Program-made: the position numbers and the translations under genes
Shown here: positions 45,646 to 56,747 of the stretch, one piece after another
How positions within the stretch are numbered: the stretch's first letter is position 1
How the letters are laid out: each line of letters begins with the position of its first letter
The notes under the pieces: generated by a model
Told to the model about the DNA's origin: nothing
Seen by the model: the letters and a program-made list of their open reading frames with translations, nothing else
The model's database searches: none
Assembly: GCA_964603725.1 (NCBI GenBank)
Contig: CAZRWW010000020.1
Coordinates: forward strand, 3,291 to 67,290
DNA from: an uncultured bacterium
GTDB taxonomy: Bacteria > Eisenbacteria > RBG-16-71-46 > CAIMUX01 > WJJG01
DNA: 64,000 nucleotides
Direction: 5' to 3'

Positions 45646-46902
45646 TCACCAGGAGTTCGCGAGGCGGGACGACTCCGCGCCGAAGGCGAGCGCCAGACCC
45701 AGACCGCGCGCGTCGAAGGGATTGAGCGTGCCCGACGTTCGCGCCGCCAGGTCCACGGCCACGGGGCCGAAGGCGCAGCCGACGCTCGCCCCCAGCCGCG
45801 TGCCCTGCACGCCGCCCGCCCCTCCGGCCAGGCGCAGGGCCAGCCAGGGCCGCGGCATCCAGGCGGCGCCGAGCGACAGGCCCAGGCTCCCGCGTCCGAG
45901 CGGCCCGGTGCGCAGCGGGGCATCGAGGGCGGCGCAGGTCGCGGCCCGGCGGGTCAGCCGGCCGGCGCCGAGCACCACGGTCGCGGGCAGACTGGCCGCG
46001 AACGCGCCGGTCCGGGCGATCACCGTGCCCGTCTGCACGAGATCCTCCTCGAGATCGCCCAGGTTCATCTGCGGCACCGTGAAGAAGTCGGTGCGCTCGC
46101 GGACGCCGCGATTCCAGTGGATCCGCCCGATGAGGTCTCTGGCCGCCAGCGAGGCCACCCACTCGCGGCCGAGGTACCCCGAGACGCCCAGGTCGAGTCC
46201 GTAGCCCCAGCCGCCCGTGGCCTGGCGGGTCTTGAGCGTTCCGCTGCCGGAGATCGTCTCGGCGGTGGTCGTCACGCCCCCGGCGGCCTCACGCACCTCG
46301 GCGTGGCCCCAGCCGCGCAGGAGCTTCACCGATGCGCCCGCGTGCACGTGCTCGAGCGGCAGCGCGGTCGCGCGCGCCACCCCCGCGAGCGGACGCGCGC
46401 CGGAGAGCCGGAACTCGGTGAAGGCGAGCCCGCCCCCCTCGGCGTCACGCAGCGCGAAGGTCTCGCCGATGGTGTTGCCCTGCAGCATCAAGCGCAGCAG
46501 CTCCTTCGGCACGCGTAGGCGCGACAGCACGCGCGTCTCCGCGCAGGCGGCCAGGCCGTTCCAGGTGACGCCCAGCACCGCCGCGCTGCCGGACCCGGCC
46601 ATCGTGACGTGGTCCGATCTGACCTTGGCGAGAATCTCTTCCTTGTCTTCTTCGTTCCAGTAGGCGCCGTTGAAGCGGTTGTACTCGGCCAGCGAGTAGG
46701 CGTTGTTCCCCAGGGCGGCGTCGATCGCCAGCCCTTCGATGCCGTCGCGCGGCAGCAGGCTCAGGTTGGCCGGGTTGTACGCGAGGGCCCGGGAACCGGC
46801 GCTGACGGCGGCGAAGGCCGGATCTCGGTCGGCTAGCTGCACGTCCGCGCGGGGAACCGTCCCGATCAGGAACGCCGCGCTCAGAACGGCCGCCCACTTC
46901 AT
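45646..46902 (-). CDS. Putative outer-membrane beta-barrel (DUF5723/TraF-like)
   Basis: Signal peptide, ALAYNPANL, amphipathic strands such as GWGYGLDLG; ATGA-coupled to the upstream gene. Confidence 0.55.
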   Translation of the reverse strand: MKWAAVLSAAFLIGTVPRADVQLADRDPAFAAVSAGSRALAYNPANLSLLPRDGIEGLAIDAALGNNAYSLAEYNRFNGAYWNEEDKEEILAKVRSDHVTMAGSGSAAVLGVTWNGLAACAETRVLSRLRVPKELLRLMLQGNTIGETFALRDAEGGGLAFTEFRLSGARPLAGVARATALPLEHVHAGASVKLLRGWGHAEVREAAGGVTTTAETISGSGTLKTRQATGGWGYGLDLGVSGYLGREWVASLAARDLIGRIHWNRGVRERTDFFTVPQMNLGDLEEDLVQTGTVIARTGAFAASLPATVVLGAGRLTRRAATCAALDAPLRTGPLGRGSLGLSLGAAWMPRPWLALRLAGGAGGVQGTRLGASVGCAFGPVAVDLAARTSGTLNPFDARGLGLALAFGAESSRLANSW

Positions 46903-48977
46903 CGCACGCCCACTTCCAGCGTGGCCACGCCTTGAAACTGCAGATAGTCGGCGCCGCTGAACTCGACGGGGTGTTGGCCCCCGAGCAGATGCACCACGAT
47001 GGCCCCGTGCAACCGCTCGGCGGTGAACAGATGAATCTCGCCCGCCACCACGGCCAGGCTGACGGAGGTGACGCGGCTGGCCGTCACGCGGCCGCTCAGG
47101 GGATCCACCTCGCCCGCCGCAACCCACCCGGTGCGCAAGACCAGATCATCCGCGACGAGGAGATTCTCGGCCGCGAGCGCGAAGTGCACTTCCACCTCTG
47201 CGCTCACCGGGAAGTGATTCTCTATCTCGGCCTCGAGCACGAGGGCGTCGAGGTGGCCGCCGATGCGCTCGCGCACGTTCTGGGCCAGCTCCAGCTCGAA
47301 CGGCTCACCCGTGTGGCTCGTCGCCGGCAGCACGAAGCGCAGCGGAGCCACGACCTCGTAGCGACCCTCGACGCAGTCATCGGCCCGAAGACCCATCGTC
47401 GTTTCGCCATCCCCGACCAGCAGCATCCCTCCGACCGCGACGCTGTCCGGGCGCAGATCGATCAGCTCGAGGATGCTGGAGTTCGCCTCGTTCAGCTCGA
47501 GCCGGGTGTGGGCGGGGCGCCCCGCGGAACCGGCCGGGATGTCGATCCGCATCGGCAGGACGACTTGTCGTTGCGCGGCGCGGCCGACCACGGTCAGATC
47601 GGCGATCCCGCCGGCAGCCGAGGCGTTGTACAAGTCGATCGCCAGGGTGGCCGCCTGGAACGCGGCGCTATCGACCTCGGCGGGAACCTCGACGGCGATT
47701 CGCACGGGGGCGACCACCAGTTCCGTCGCCTGCAGCACGCCCGCCACGGCGCGCAGCTCGATCGCCGCGGGTTCCAGTGCGGCCATGATCCCGTCCTGCG
47801 AGCTGAGGCTCACGATGCCCTCGGTCGCCTCCGTCTCGACCGATATCTGCCAGTCCAGCGGACCGTCCCCCCACGCCTCGAGGCGCTCACCGCCGAGATC
47901 GAGCACCACGCGGCGAGTGGCGCGGGGATCGACCCGCACCTGGGCCGCCAGCGGCAGGCCGGTGGAGGCGACGATCAGGCCCGGCAGCTCGACGCGGGCG
48001 ACCGCGGCGACTGGCAAACTGCTCGTGAGGCGCCACGCGAGATGTCCGCGCTCCACTTCGGCCCAGTCCAGCGCGGCGACCGGGGACAGATCGAGCGTGC
48101 CGCGCACCTCGAAGCGCTGCGGGCGAGCAGGGGCTTCGAGGTAACTCACGCGCAGATCCGAGAGCGCCAGGAACAGGTCGAGGCCATCCGCCGGTCGGAT
48201 CATGATCGTCTCGCCGCCGCTGCCGGGAGATCCACCCTGGATCATGACCGCGAAATGGTTGCCCAGCGCCTGGCCGGCGAGATCCAGAGCGGCGCCGGCG
48301 GTCTGCCCCGGCGCCAGCGGCCTGTCGATCACCCAGACTCCGATGGTGCGCGCGGGATTGCGGCTGATGTCGCGCAGGACAATGCGCAGGGAGTGACCTG
48401 AGGACGACGGCCCGGACAGCGTGACGGGCAGGCGGTTCGTGAGGCTGAAGCGCAGCTCGCCCGAGGCGATCTCGACGCGCACGAAGTCCTCGATCACGCC
48501 CATGTCGATCGGCCCGATGCTGAAGAGGAAGGGATCGATCTGCGCGAGCAAGCCCTCCGACCCGACCGGGAAAGGCAGCACCTCGCCGGGCCGGAAGCGC
48601 ACGGTGTCGGCATACGGCGCATCGAGCGCGATCTGTGCGAGCACGCCGCGCGCGTTCAGGGGGGGCACATCGAGCGCGAGCAGACGCCCCAGCTCCACGC
48701 GGCCGAGCGAGCCGCCGAAGCGCAGCTCCAGCGGCCCCGTGCCGGCGGAATCGGCGTGGATCAACGGGCCCAACGAGTCGGCCAGATCGACGCCGGTGAT
48801 CCGTTCCTGTCCGATCGGGACCTGCAGCCGCGTTGTGAACTGCGGCACCTGCGGCATCTCGACGAGGCAACCAGGTTGCAGCCAGAGGAACAAGACGGCA
48901 GCAGTCAACGGGACGAGCGCGCGGGGGAGCGCCACATGCTGAGAGCGGCCGCGGGCGGCGTTGCTGCTTGCATCCAC
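46899..48977 (-). CDS. Large beta-rich hypothetical lipoprotein
   Basis: GGAGG RBS before GTG, LQPGC lipobox-like sequence, internally repeated beta-rich domains. Confidence 0.65.
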   Translation of the reverse strand: MDASSNAARGRSQHVALPRALVPLTAAVLFLWLQPGCLVEMPQVPQFTTRLQVPIGQERITGVDLADSLGPLIHADSAGTGPLELRFGGSLGRVELGRLLALDVPPLNARGVLAQIALDAPYADTVRFRPGEVLPFPVGSEGLLAQIDPFLFSIGPIDMGVIEDFVRVEIASGELRFSLTNRLPVTLSGPSSSGHSLRIVLRDISRNPARTIGVWVIDRPLAPGQTAGAALDLAGQALGNHFAVMIQGGSPGSGGETIMIRPADGLDLFLALSDLRVSYLEAPARPQRFEVRGTLDLSPVAALDWAEVERGHLAWRLTSSLPVAAVARVELPGLIVASTGLPLAAQVRVDPRATRRVVLDLGGERLEAWGDGPLDWQISVETEATEGIVSLSSQDGIMAALEPAAIELRAVAGVLQATELVVAPVRIAVEVPAEVDSAAFQAATLAIDLYNASAAGGIADLTVVGRAAQRQVVLPMRIDIPAGSAGRPAHTRLELNEANSSILELIDLRPDSVAVGGMLLVGDGETTMGLRADDCVEGRYEVVAPLRFVLPATSHTGEPFELELAQNVRERIGGHLDALVLEAEIENHFPVSAEVEVHFALAAENLLVADDLVLRTGWVAAGEVDPLSGRVTASRVTSVSLAVVAGEIHLFTAERLHGAIVVHLLGGQHPVEFSGADYLQFQGVATLEVGVR

Positions 48978-49257
48978 GTTGGACCTCCCCGCGGCGGCCG
49001 GCGCCAGGGTCCCACGCTGCGCCGCCACCGGCGATTGACCAGTGCGCGCAGGGCCACCGGCCGGGCACCACGAATTCTACCTCACCACAGCCCGGCGGTT
49101 CCGCCCCCATCTGACGCCTGACTCAAGAAGCTCCGCCCGGGTCACGATGTAGGTCAGGAGAACTTGGACCGGGGAGGATTCGAACGTGTGCGAATGGTGC
49201 TTCTGAGGGTTGCGATCGCCATCCCACACCATCCAGCGATGACGAAGGGGGTTTCGC

Positions 49258-49665
49258 ATGCCTTTGATCGAATGGAGTGACTCTCTCAGCGTGCAGATCG
49301 CGGAGATCGACGCCCAGCACCAGCAACTCGTGGGCATGATCAATGAGCTGCACGACGCCATGAAGGCCGGCAGGGCGCAGCACAGCCTGGGGAACATCGT
49401 CACCCGGCTGGCCTACTACGCCGAGACGCACTTCGCCACCGAGGAGCGCTACTTCACCGATTACGCGTACCCCAGAGCGTCGGCGCATACGGCCGAACAT
49501 CACGCCTTCATGGAGAAGGTGAAGGGCTACGAGCGCGATCTCACCGCCGGGCGCCTGATGCTCTCGATGGATGTGATGAAGTTTCTCGGCGACTGGCTCG
49601 TCCGCCACATTCAAGGCGTGGACCAGCAATACACCGAGCACTTCCGGGCCCGCGGCGCCGCCTGA
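49258..49665 (+). CDS. Single-domain bacteriohemerythrin
   Basis: IDAQH, HFATEE, HTAEH and WLVRHIQGVD ligand pattern. Confidence 0.95.
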   Translation: MPLIEWSDSLSVQIAEIDAQHQQLVGMINELHDAMKAGRAQHSLGNIVTRLAYYAETHFATEERYFTDYAYPRASAHTAEHHAFMEKVKGYERDLTAGRLMLSMDVMKFLGDWLVRHIQGVDQQYTEHFRARGAA

Positions 49666-49699
49666 TCGACCGCTGCATCGGTGCGGTGTGGCCGCCCGG

Positions 49700-50590
<891 letters not shown>

Positions 50591-50670
50591 CGCCTCATCC
50601 TCCGCGGATCGCCCGGCGAACGGGCGCGGTCAGCCGCGCGCCCTGCGCGCAGCAGGGCAGGGCCTGACGG

Positions 50671-51303
50671 TCAAGCCATGAGCGCCTTGACGCGCTCGAC
50701 CGCATTGGCCGCATCGTAGGCGTAGCCATCGGCGCCGATCTCGCGCGCGAACTCGGCCGACACCGGCGCCCCGCCGACGACCGTGCGCACGCGGCCGGCC
50801 AGCCCCTCGGACGCCAGTAGCTCGACGACCTGCTTCATCACCGGCATCGTCGTCGTGAGCAGCGCCGACATGCCGATCACCGTGGCCTGCGCATCGCGGG
50901 CCGCCTCGACAAACCGGCGCGGCTCGACGTCCTTGCCCAGGTCGATCACCTCGAAGCCCGCGCCCTTGAGCATGATGCCGACGAGGTTCTTGCCGATGTC
51001 GTGGAGATCGCCCTTGACCGTCCCGATGACCACGCGGCCCGCCATCGGCACGCCCTCGCCCGCCAGGAGCGGCTTGATCACCTCCAGGCCGGCGTACATC
51101 GCCTTGGCCGCCATCAGCACATCGGGCAGGAAGATCTCGTGCGTGCGGAACTGCTCGCCGACGACGTTCATGCCGGCGAGGAGCCCTTGATCGAGGATTT
51201 GGCGCGGCGCGATCCCCTGAGCAAGCGCGTCGCGCGTGAGGGCGAGCACGCGCTCATCGTCACCAGCCTGCAGGTTCCGGGCGATGTCCTTCAGGATTTC
51301 CAT
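50671..51303 (-). CDS. Stand-alone corrinoid (B12-binding) protein, cap plus Rossmann domain
   Basis: GLLAGMNVVG, FLPDVL, GTVKGDLHDIGKNLV (DxHxxG), SALLTTT and GGAP motifs. Confidence 0.95.
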   Translation of the reverse strand: MEILKDIARNLQAGDDERVLALTRDALAQGIAPRQILDQGLLAGMNVVGEQFRTHEIFLPDVLMAAKAMYAGLEVIKPLLAGEGVPMAGRVVIGTVKGDLHDIGKNLVGIMLKGAGFEVIDLGKDVEPRRFVEAARDAQATVIGMSALLTTTMPVMKQVVELLASEGLAGRVRTVVGGAPVSAEFAREIGADGYAYDAANAVERVKALMA

Positions 51304-51374
51304 GATCCTTCCTCTGGGTTGTGGCGCCCCGTTCATCCTCCGGGGTCAGGGGGACCGGGGCGGCAACTGGGCTA

Positions 51375-51404
51375 AACGTACACAGTTGCAGGGGTACTCG
51401 TCAA
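51375..51404 (-). promoter_or_regulatory. Candidate sigma70 promoter TTGACG-N18-TACGTT for the corrinoid/Hcy-MT pair
   Basis: Read on the minus strand about 70-100 bp upstream of ATG 51303. Confidence 0.5.
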
Positions 51405-51490
51405 TGGGAAGCGATCGCGTGGGGCGTACTGCCGCGTTGCCCGATGCGGGCGCGCCTTTCGGCGTCGCCTCCGCCGGACGGCGCCGGGCG

Positions 51491-52654
51491 TCACGAGGCG
51501 ACCCACCGCAGGAGACCGGCGAGGCCGCCGCCGGCGATGAGCCAGGTCGAGTTCACCCGATACCGCGCAAGCAGGACCAGGGCGGCGAGCGCGAGGCCGA
51601 TGGTCAGCGGATCGATCAGGGAGATCGCCCCCAGGTGCCACATCACGCCGGCCATCAGGGCCAACGACGCGGCGTTGATTCCATCCAGCAAGCCGCTGAG
51701 CCACGGCGAGCGCCGCAGCCGCGGGATGAAGGGATTGGATGCGGCCACGAACACGAAGGACGGCAGGAAGATGCCCAGCGTGGCGATCAGCGCGCCGGGC
51801 GCGCCGCCCAGGATGTAGCCGATGAAGGTGGCCGCGGTGAAGACCGGCCCCGGGGTCACCTGTCCGATGGCGACGGCATCCAGAAGCTGCTGCTCCGTCA
51901 GCCACCCCAGGCGCGTGACGAAGTCGGCGCGCAGGAAGGCGAGCAGCACATAGCCGCTGCCGTAGAGCACGGAGCCGATCTTGAGAAAGATCAGGAAGAG
52001 CTGGGGCAGATTGAAGGGGACGGCCGCGGCCACGGGCAGTCCGACCGCGGCCAGCGGCAGTCCCGCCAGGCCGGCCAGATGCCTCCCGGGCCGATGGAGA
52101 TTGTTCGCCAGCATCACGAGCCCGCCGGCGGCGAGCAGCAGGGCGATCTCGTTCAGGCCCGCGAAGTAGCCCGCCAGCACCAACCCGGCGGCCGCGATCG
52201 TCAACCGACCCTTGAGGGCGGTGCGCCCAAGGCTCCACAGGGCTTTGGCGATGATCGCGATCACCACCGGCTTGACGCCGTACAGGAGCCACTGGGCCTG
52301 AGGCGTCTCGCCGAACCGCACGTAGACCGCCGCCAGAACAAGCACGATGACCATCGATGGAATGATGAAGCATGCTCCGCCCAGAACGAGGCCGCGCCAG
52401 CCGGCGCGCAGGAATCCCAGGTGGATCGTCATCTCGGTCGAGTTGGGACCCGGTATCAGGTTCGTGGCCCCGACAAGGTCGAGGAAGGACTGCTCGCTCA
52501 GCCAGCGCCGCCGTTTGACGACCTCATCGTGCATCATCGCGATGTGGGCCGCGGGGCCGCCGAAGCCTACGATCCCCAGCCGGAGGAACAGGCGCACGAC
52601 CTCGAGCAGTCTCGAGGGCGAACGCGCGCCCGGTGTCGCCGCCGTCCCGCTCAT
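51491..52654 (-). CDS. chrA: Chromate efflux transporter (CHR family)
   Basis: GFGGPAAH, NLIPGPNSTE, YGSGYVL and GQVTPGPVF motifs. Confidence 0.93.
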   Translation of the reverse strand: MSGTAATPGARSPSRLLEVVRLFLRLGIVGFGGPAAHIAMMHDEVVKRRRWLSEQSFLDLVGATNLIPGPNSTEMTIHLGFLRAGWRGLVLGGACFIIPSMVIVLVLAAVYVRFGETPQAQWLLYGVKPVVIAIIAKALWSLGRTALKGRLTIAAAGLVLAGYFAGLNEIALLLAAGGLVMLANNLHRPGRHLAGLAGLPLAAVGLPVAAAVPFNLPQLFLIFLKIGSVLYGSGYVLLAFLRADFVTRLGWLTEQQLLDAVAIGQVTPGPVFTAATFIGYILGGAPGALIATLGIFLPSFVFVAASNPFIPRLRRSPWLSGLLDGINAASLALMAGVMWHLGAISLIDPLTIGLALAALVLLARYRVNSTWLIAGGGLAGLLRWVAS

Positions 52655-52720
52655 CGCGCTACCCCCACCGCGCTGCCCCACCGCGCTGCCCTCACCGCGC
52701 CGCCCTCACCGCGCTGCCCC
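52652..52720 (-). repeat. Five 13-14-bp tandem units GGG(C/T)(A/G)GCGCG(G/A)TG filling the whole spacer before chrA
   Basis: Each unit ends in GTG or ATG; the last supplies the chrA ATG. Confidence 0.88.
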
Positions 52721-54385
52721 CTAGTGCGCCGCCTGGTAGAGAAACACGCGCGTGTTTCCCGGGGTGAGCGGCCGGCGGCGCAGGTCGGGCCGGCTGGAGA
52801 CCACGAACTCGGCCGTGCTCTCGTTCTCCTGGAAGTAGTTTCCCGCGAGATAGAACCCCACCGCATGCTGGGCGTTCCCGAGACCGGCGTAGTCGCCGTC
52901 GACATGGAGCGTGCGCCCCGTGCCCACGCGATCGGCGATCCGCTGGAAGTCGGCCACCCGCGCCGCTTCACCAGGATCGGTCCCCGACACCTTGACGAGC
53001 GCGAGATGGAGACTGGAGAGGGAAAAGAGGACCACGGCCGCGATCGCGAAACCGATGCCGGCCGCCCGAGCGGACTTCTGTACAACTTGCGCCAGCGCGC
53101 AGAAGAACATCAGGGTTACCCCGACGTAGAACATGCACTGGAAATCGTGAAAGGCCACGAAATGGCGCATCGGCAGCGCCCAGCACAACGCCGACAAGAC
53201 CAGGCTTCCGGTCAGAATCCGGGCCCGCGAGAGTCTGATCCCGATCAAGGAGGCCAGCAGGACGCATCCCCCCAGCAAGGAGAACACCGCGCGCGACTCC
53301 GTGTAGTGCACGAGGATATCGGGGATGGACATGCGGCCCAGCCGGTACACCTGATTCCCGAGGAAGGCCGGCCAGCTCAGCGTCTCGGCATAGGGATCGT
53401 AGGCCTCCGCGGCGCCGAGGCCAATCCGCCACAGCATCGTGCGGACGGTGGGCAGCTCGCCGAAGGGCGCCTGGACGGCCAGATGTTCGCCGAGCAGGTT
53501 GCTTGCCAGAATCACCGCTCCGAATGCCAGCGACACGGCGCCCAGGACGAAGAAGCGGCTGCCCACGACGCGCCGCAACGAGCGCGTGGCGCGCAGGTCT
53601 CCCAGACACCCCAGGGCGACGAAGGGCAGCAAGAGCGCGTAGACCTGCCACCCCAGCAGGAGCGCGGCGGCGCTCTTGATGATAAGCTGCCTGAACCGCC
53701 CTTCCTGGACGAAGACCACCATGCCGTGGAAGACGAGGAGGATTCCGAAGAGCGCGGGGACATCGTTGAAGACCATGTCGCTGTAGTGGAGGCAGTAGTA
53801 GGAGGACAAGGCGAGCAGGGTCGCCGCCAGCGCGACCCACCGACCGCGGGCAAGCTGCTCGCTCGCGCCGTAGGGTTGCCCCGCTACGCGGGAGGGTTGC
53901 CCCCCGGCGCGGGAGCTTTGCCCCCCCGCGCCGGAGAATCGCCCACTGGCGCCGGAGGATCGCCCAGCCGCGCCGGTGAGCCGCACCAGCGAGAGGTAGG
54001 CGCAAACCGCCGCCGCCGCGAAGAAGGCGCCCATCAGCAGGCGCGCCGCCAGAAGCTGTAGCCGCAGGTCGCGGCCGAAGGGCAGAATGACGAGCTTGAT
54101 CGCGGCGAAGGCTCCGGGCGGGAAGCGGTTGTACGCCTCGTAGCGCACGGCGCCGTCCGCGTCGCGCCCCATCTTGTTGAAGAGCAGGAAATGGTGCTCC
54201 GGGGAGAGATTGGCCGCGAGCGCCATGCCGTGCGACGACAGGTAGCCGTGGTGGCGCGGCAGGAACCCGTGGCGTTCCCCCTGGAAGGCGAAGATGGTGG
54301 CAAGGGCGAGGAGCAGGAGCAGCGCCGGAGGCCCCGCTTGTTCGCGGAAGCGGCGGATCGGGTTTCGGCGTCCGGACTGCGCCAT
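52721..54385 (-). CDS. Polytopic membrane protein, GT-C-like candidate
   Basis: Many TM segments, YNRFPPG, FNDVPALFG and LLGWQVY motifs; contains a repeat insert. Confidence 0.6.
   Translation of the reverse strand: MAQSGRRNPIRRFREQAGPPALLLLLALATIFAFQGERHGFLPRHHGYLSSHGMALAANLSPEHHFLLFNKMGRDADGAVRYEAYNRFPPGAFAAIKLVILPFGRDLRLQLLAARLLMGAFFAAAAVCAYLSLVRLTGAAGRSSGASGRFSGAGGQSSRAGGQPSRVAGQPYGASEQLARGRWVALAATLLALSSYYCLHYSDMVFNDVPALFGILLVFHGMVVFVQEGRFRQLIIKSAAALLLGWQVYALLLPFVALGCLGDLRATRSLRRVVGSRFFVLGAVSLAFGAVILASNLLGEHLAVQAPFGELPTVRTMLWRIGLGAAEAYDPYAETLSWPAFLGNQVYRLGRMSIPDILVHYTESRAVFSLLGGCVLLASLIGIRLSRARILTGSLVLSALCWALPMRHFVAFHDFQCMFYVGVTLMFFCALAQVVQKSARAAGIGFAIAAVVLFSLSSLHLALVKVSGTDPGEAARVADFQRIADRVGTGRTLHVDGDYAGLGNAQHAVGFYLAGNYFQENESTAEFVVSSRPDLRRRPLTPGNTRVFLYQAAH
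53865..53976. repeat. In-frame 21-bp degenerate tandem repeat x5 (GGQPSRA-like)
   Basis: Units start at 53865, 53886, 53907, 53928 and 53949. Confidence 0.85.
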
Positions 54386-54550
54386 GCTCCTCCCCGTCAT
54401 CCGTGGTCCTGCGGCCTCCGATTCACGCGGGCTCCGGGTCGCCTGCGGAACGGCCAAGGGATGGTAGCATGGCGCGAAGCGGGGACCAACTCGGGCGGCG
54501 GCCGGAGTGCCGTAGCCCGCGCTCTCGTCGCGGCCCGCCGCGCCCCTTTG

Positions 54551-55809
54551 TCACAGGCAATGCCACGGCAAGGCGATGATCTTCTCGTGCAGTCTCAGAG
54601 GGCGGGGGCAACGACAGATGATGTACCCGCAGCGGGCCTGGCGGGGATGCTCGTCCAGGAACGTCAGCAGGTGACGCGCGGCCGACAGACCGGGGTTCTC
54701 GGTCCACTTGATCTGAATCGGCGTGAGTGACGCGCCGCGCTCGATGATGAAGTCGATCTCGGCGCCGTCGCGCGTTCGCAAGTAATGCAGCGATCCGTCC
54801 CCCAGGTACTGCAGCCGCTTCCACAGCTCGATTCCAACCCATTGCTCCAGCAGTGGGCCCGGCGTGGCTCTCACCAGTTCCCTCGCTGGGGCGAGACCCG
54901 CGGCGGCGTGCCGCACGCCAAGGTCGAAGAACAGGAAGCGGGGCGTGGACAGCAGATTCTTGCGGGGACTGCGGGCGAACGCTGGAACCCGGAAGCCCAC
55001 CAGCATGTCTTCGAGGAGCTGGTAGTAGCCCTTCACGGTGGGCTGGGACACACCCGCCTCGCGAGAGATGGCCGCGTGGTTGAGGACCTGTCCTGACTCC
55101 TGAGCCGCCAGTTGCAGGAATCGTACGAACGCGCCCCAGTCCCGCACGATCGATTCTCGGCGGATCTCTTCTTCCAGGTGCACGACGGAGAACGCCTTGA
55201 GCAGATCCCCCCGGTCGCGCTCTTCGCTCGCGACAATGCCGGGGAGGGCACCGTAGGCCAATCTCTCCTCCAGGTCCCAAGCCGGGAAGGGGTCTTGGGG
55301 ACCCATCCCCTTCGGCCAAGGAAATGGAAGCGGGGACAAGGCGTCGCCGCAGAGGGCGTCGCCTGAGGTTGGCGTCGCCGGGGGATGCTCGCTGAGGGTG
55401 AGCGGATAGAGCCGGTGTAGGAAGCTGCGTCCTGGGAGGAGATTGGCGCCGGTCGCGCGCAGCTTGCGTGCCGAGCTGCCGCACAGGATGAATCGCCAGC
55501 GCTTCTTTTCCCGATCGTAGAGGTGCTGAACCCCGTCGAAGATGGCAGGAACGGTCTGCACCTCGTCGACGAACACAAAGTGCCCGCCGCGACGGGTTGG
55601 AAGCGCTCGGCAGGCCTCGACGAACAGACCCGGCCGCGCCAGGAGACGGGATCGCTCGGCGGGGTCCGCTAGATCGAAGACCGTGGCGTCATCCGGTAAG
55701 AGGCGCCTGAGGAGCGTGGATTTCCGGTCTGCCGCGCCCCGAAGAGAAGGTGCACGAAGGGCCGTGCCAGTTTGTCGGCCAGCACATCTGAATACCAACG
55801 ACTGAACAT
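54551..55809 (-). pseudogene. Second AAA_14/DUF4143 ATPase with a 1-nt frameshift inside Walker A
   Basis: ATG 55809 gives MFSRWYSDVLADKLARPFVHLLFGARQTG; GGAAATCC has one A too few to continue as KSTLLRRLLP, which lies in ORF 54551. FVDEVQ and LCGSSARKL motifs follow. Confidence 0.8.
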
Positions 55810-55815
55810 GCCGAG

Positions 55816-55821
55816 ATTCTA
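55816..55821 (-). promoter_or_regulatory. TAGAAT -10 box 6 nt before ATG 55809, suggesting a leaderless transcript
   Basis: AT-rich upstream region and no SD sequence. Confidence 0.5.
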
Positions 55822-55970
55822 CCTCTAAAATCACAATGTCGCTTCACTTTTATCGCCTTAATGCGATGTCGACTTGATTCTCTGCCGTTCCCGGGGGTCG
55901 ATTGCTGTAGCACGCTAAGAAAAAAACACTTACGTCACAGAGGGTGACCTGCCGCCGCCGATCTGCGCTG

Positions 55971-56645
55971 CTACGGGTCGGCCGTTACGAGCACGACGGC
56001 CAGCCCATCATGACCCTTGCGGCCGACGGTCTGGAGCGCCACGGCGCTCGCGCGCGGCTCGGCCGCGACGGCCTCGAAGAACCGGCGCACGCCGCGGACG
56101 TCGGGGTCGCCGCTGCCGCCGTCCACGACGGCCCCATGGCGGACGACGTTGTCGACGAGAATCAGACTGCCGCGCCGGGAGAGTTTTACGGCCCAGGCGA
56201 AGTAGTCCGGGATGTTCGCCTTGTCGGCATCGATGAAGACCAGGTCGAAGGGACCATGCCCCTCCGGCGCGAGCCGCGGCAGCGTCTCCAGGGCCTGGCC
56301 CAGGCGGAGATCGACGACATCGGCCAGGCCAGCTCGCTCGATGTTGGCGCGCGCGACCTGGGCGTGTCGCGGATCGGCCTCCAGGGTGATCAGGCGGCCT
56401 CCGTCGGGAAGGGCTCGCGCGAGCCAGATCGTGCTGTAGCCGCCCAGGGTCCCGATCTCCAGGATCGCCCGCGCCCTCAGGGATCGCGCCAGCAGCCACA
56501 GCAGCTTGCCCTGCAGCGGCGAGACCTGGATTGCGGGCAGCCCGGCGGCGGCGCTGGCCCGGAGGGCTTCATCGAGCACACGATCGGAAGGAACGAGGAC
56601 TTCCTCGAAATAGCGGTCTACTGTGGTCCACTGATCTTGTGTCAT
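55971..56645 (-). CDS. Class I O-methyltransferase (COMT/caffeoyl-CoA type)
   Basis: ILEIGTLGGYSTIWLA, FDLVFIDADK and VDNVV motifs. Confidence 0.92.
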   Translation of the reverse strand: MTQDQWTTVDRYFEEVLVPSDRVLDEALRASAAAGLPAIQVSPLQGKLLWLLARSLRARAILEIGTLGGYSTIWLARALPDGGRLITLEADPRHAQVARANIERAGLADVVDLRLGQALETLPRLAPEGHGPFDLVFIDADKANIPDYFAWAVKLSRRGSLILVDNVVRHGAVVDGGSGDPDVRGVRRFFEAVAAEPRASAVALQTVGRKGHDGLAVVLVTADP

Positions 56646-56747
56646 GGATCTCAAGCTCCTGGCAGCCACCCCTGGAAACCCAGCGTGGCGGCCCTGGACG
56701 CGCACCATGCGACTCGCGGCCGGTAGCCGGGTGCGCTGAGTTCCAAC

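Noticed and set aside
49165-49190. GTTCGAATCCTCCCCGGTCCA resembling a tRNA 3' end
   Set aside because: The 5' T-stem partner and the rest of the cloverleaf are missing.
55810-55834. ORF-track start for the second ATPase
   Set aside because: It gives a nonsense N-terminus; the real Walker A-containing start is in another frame at 55809.
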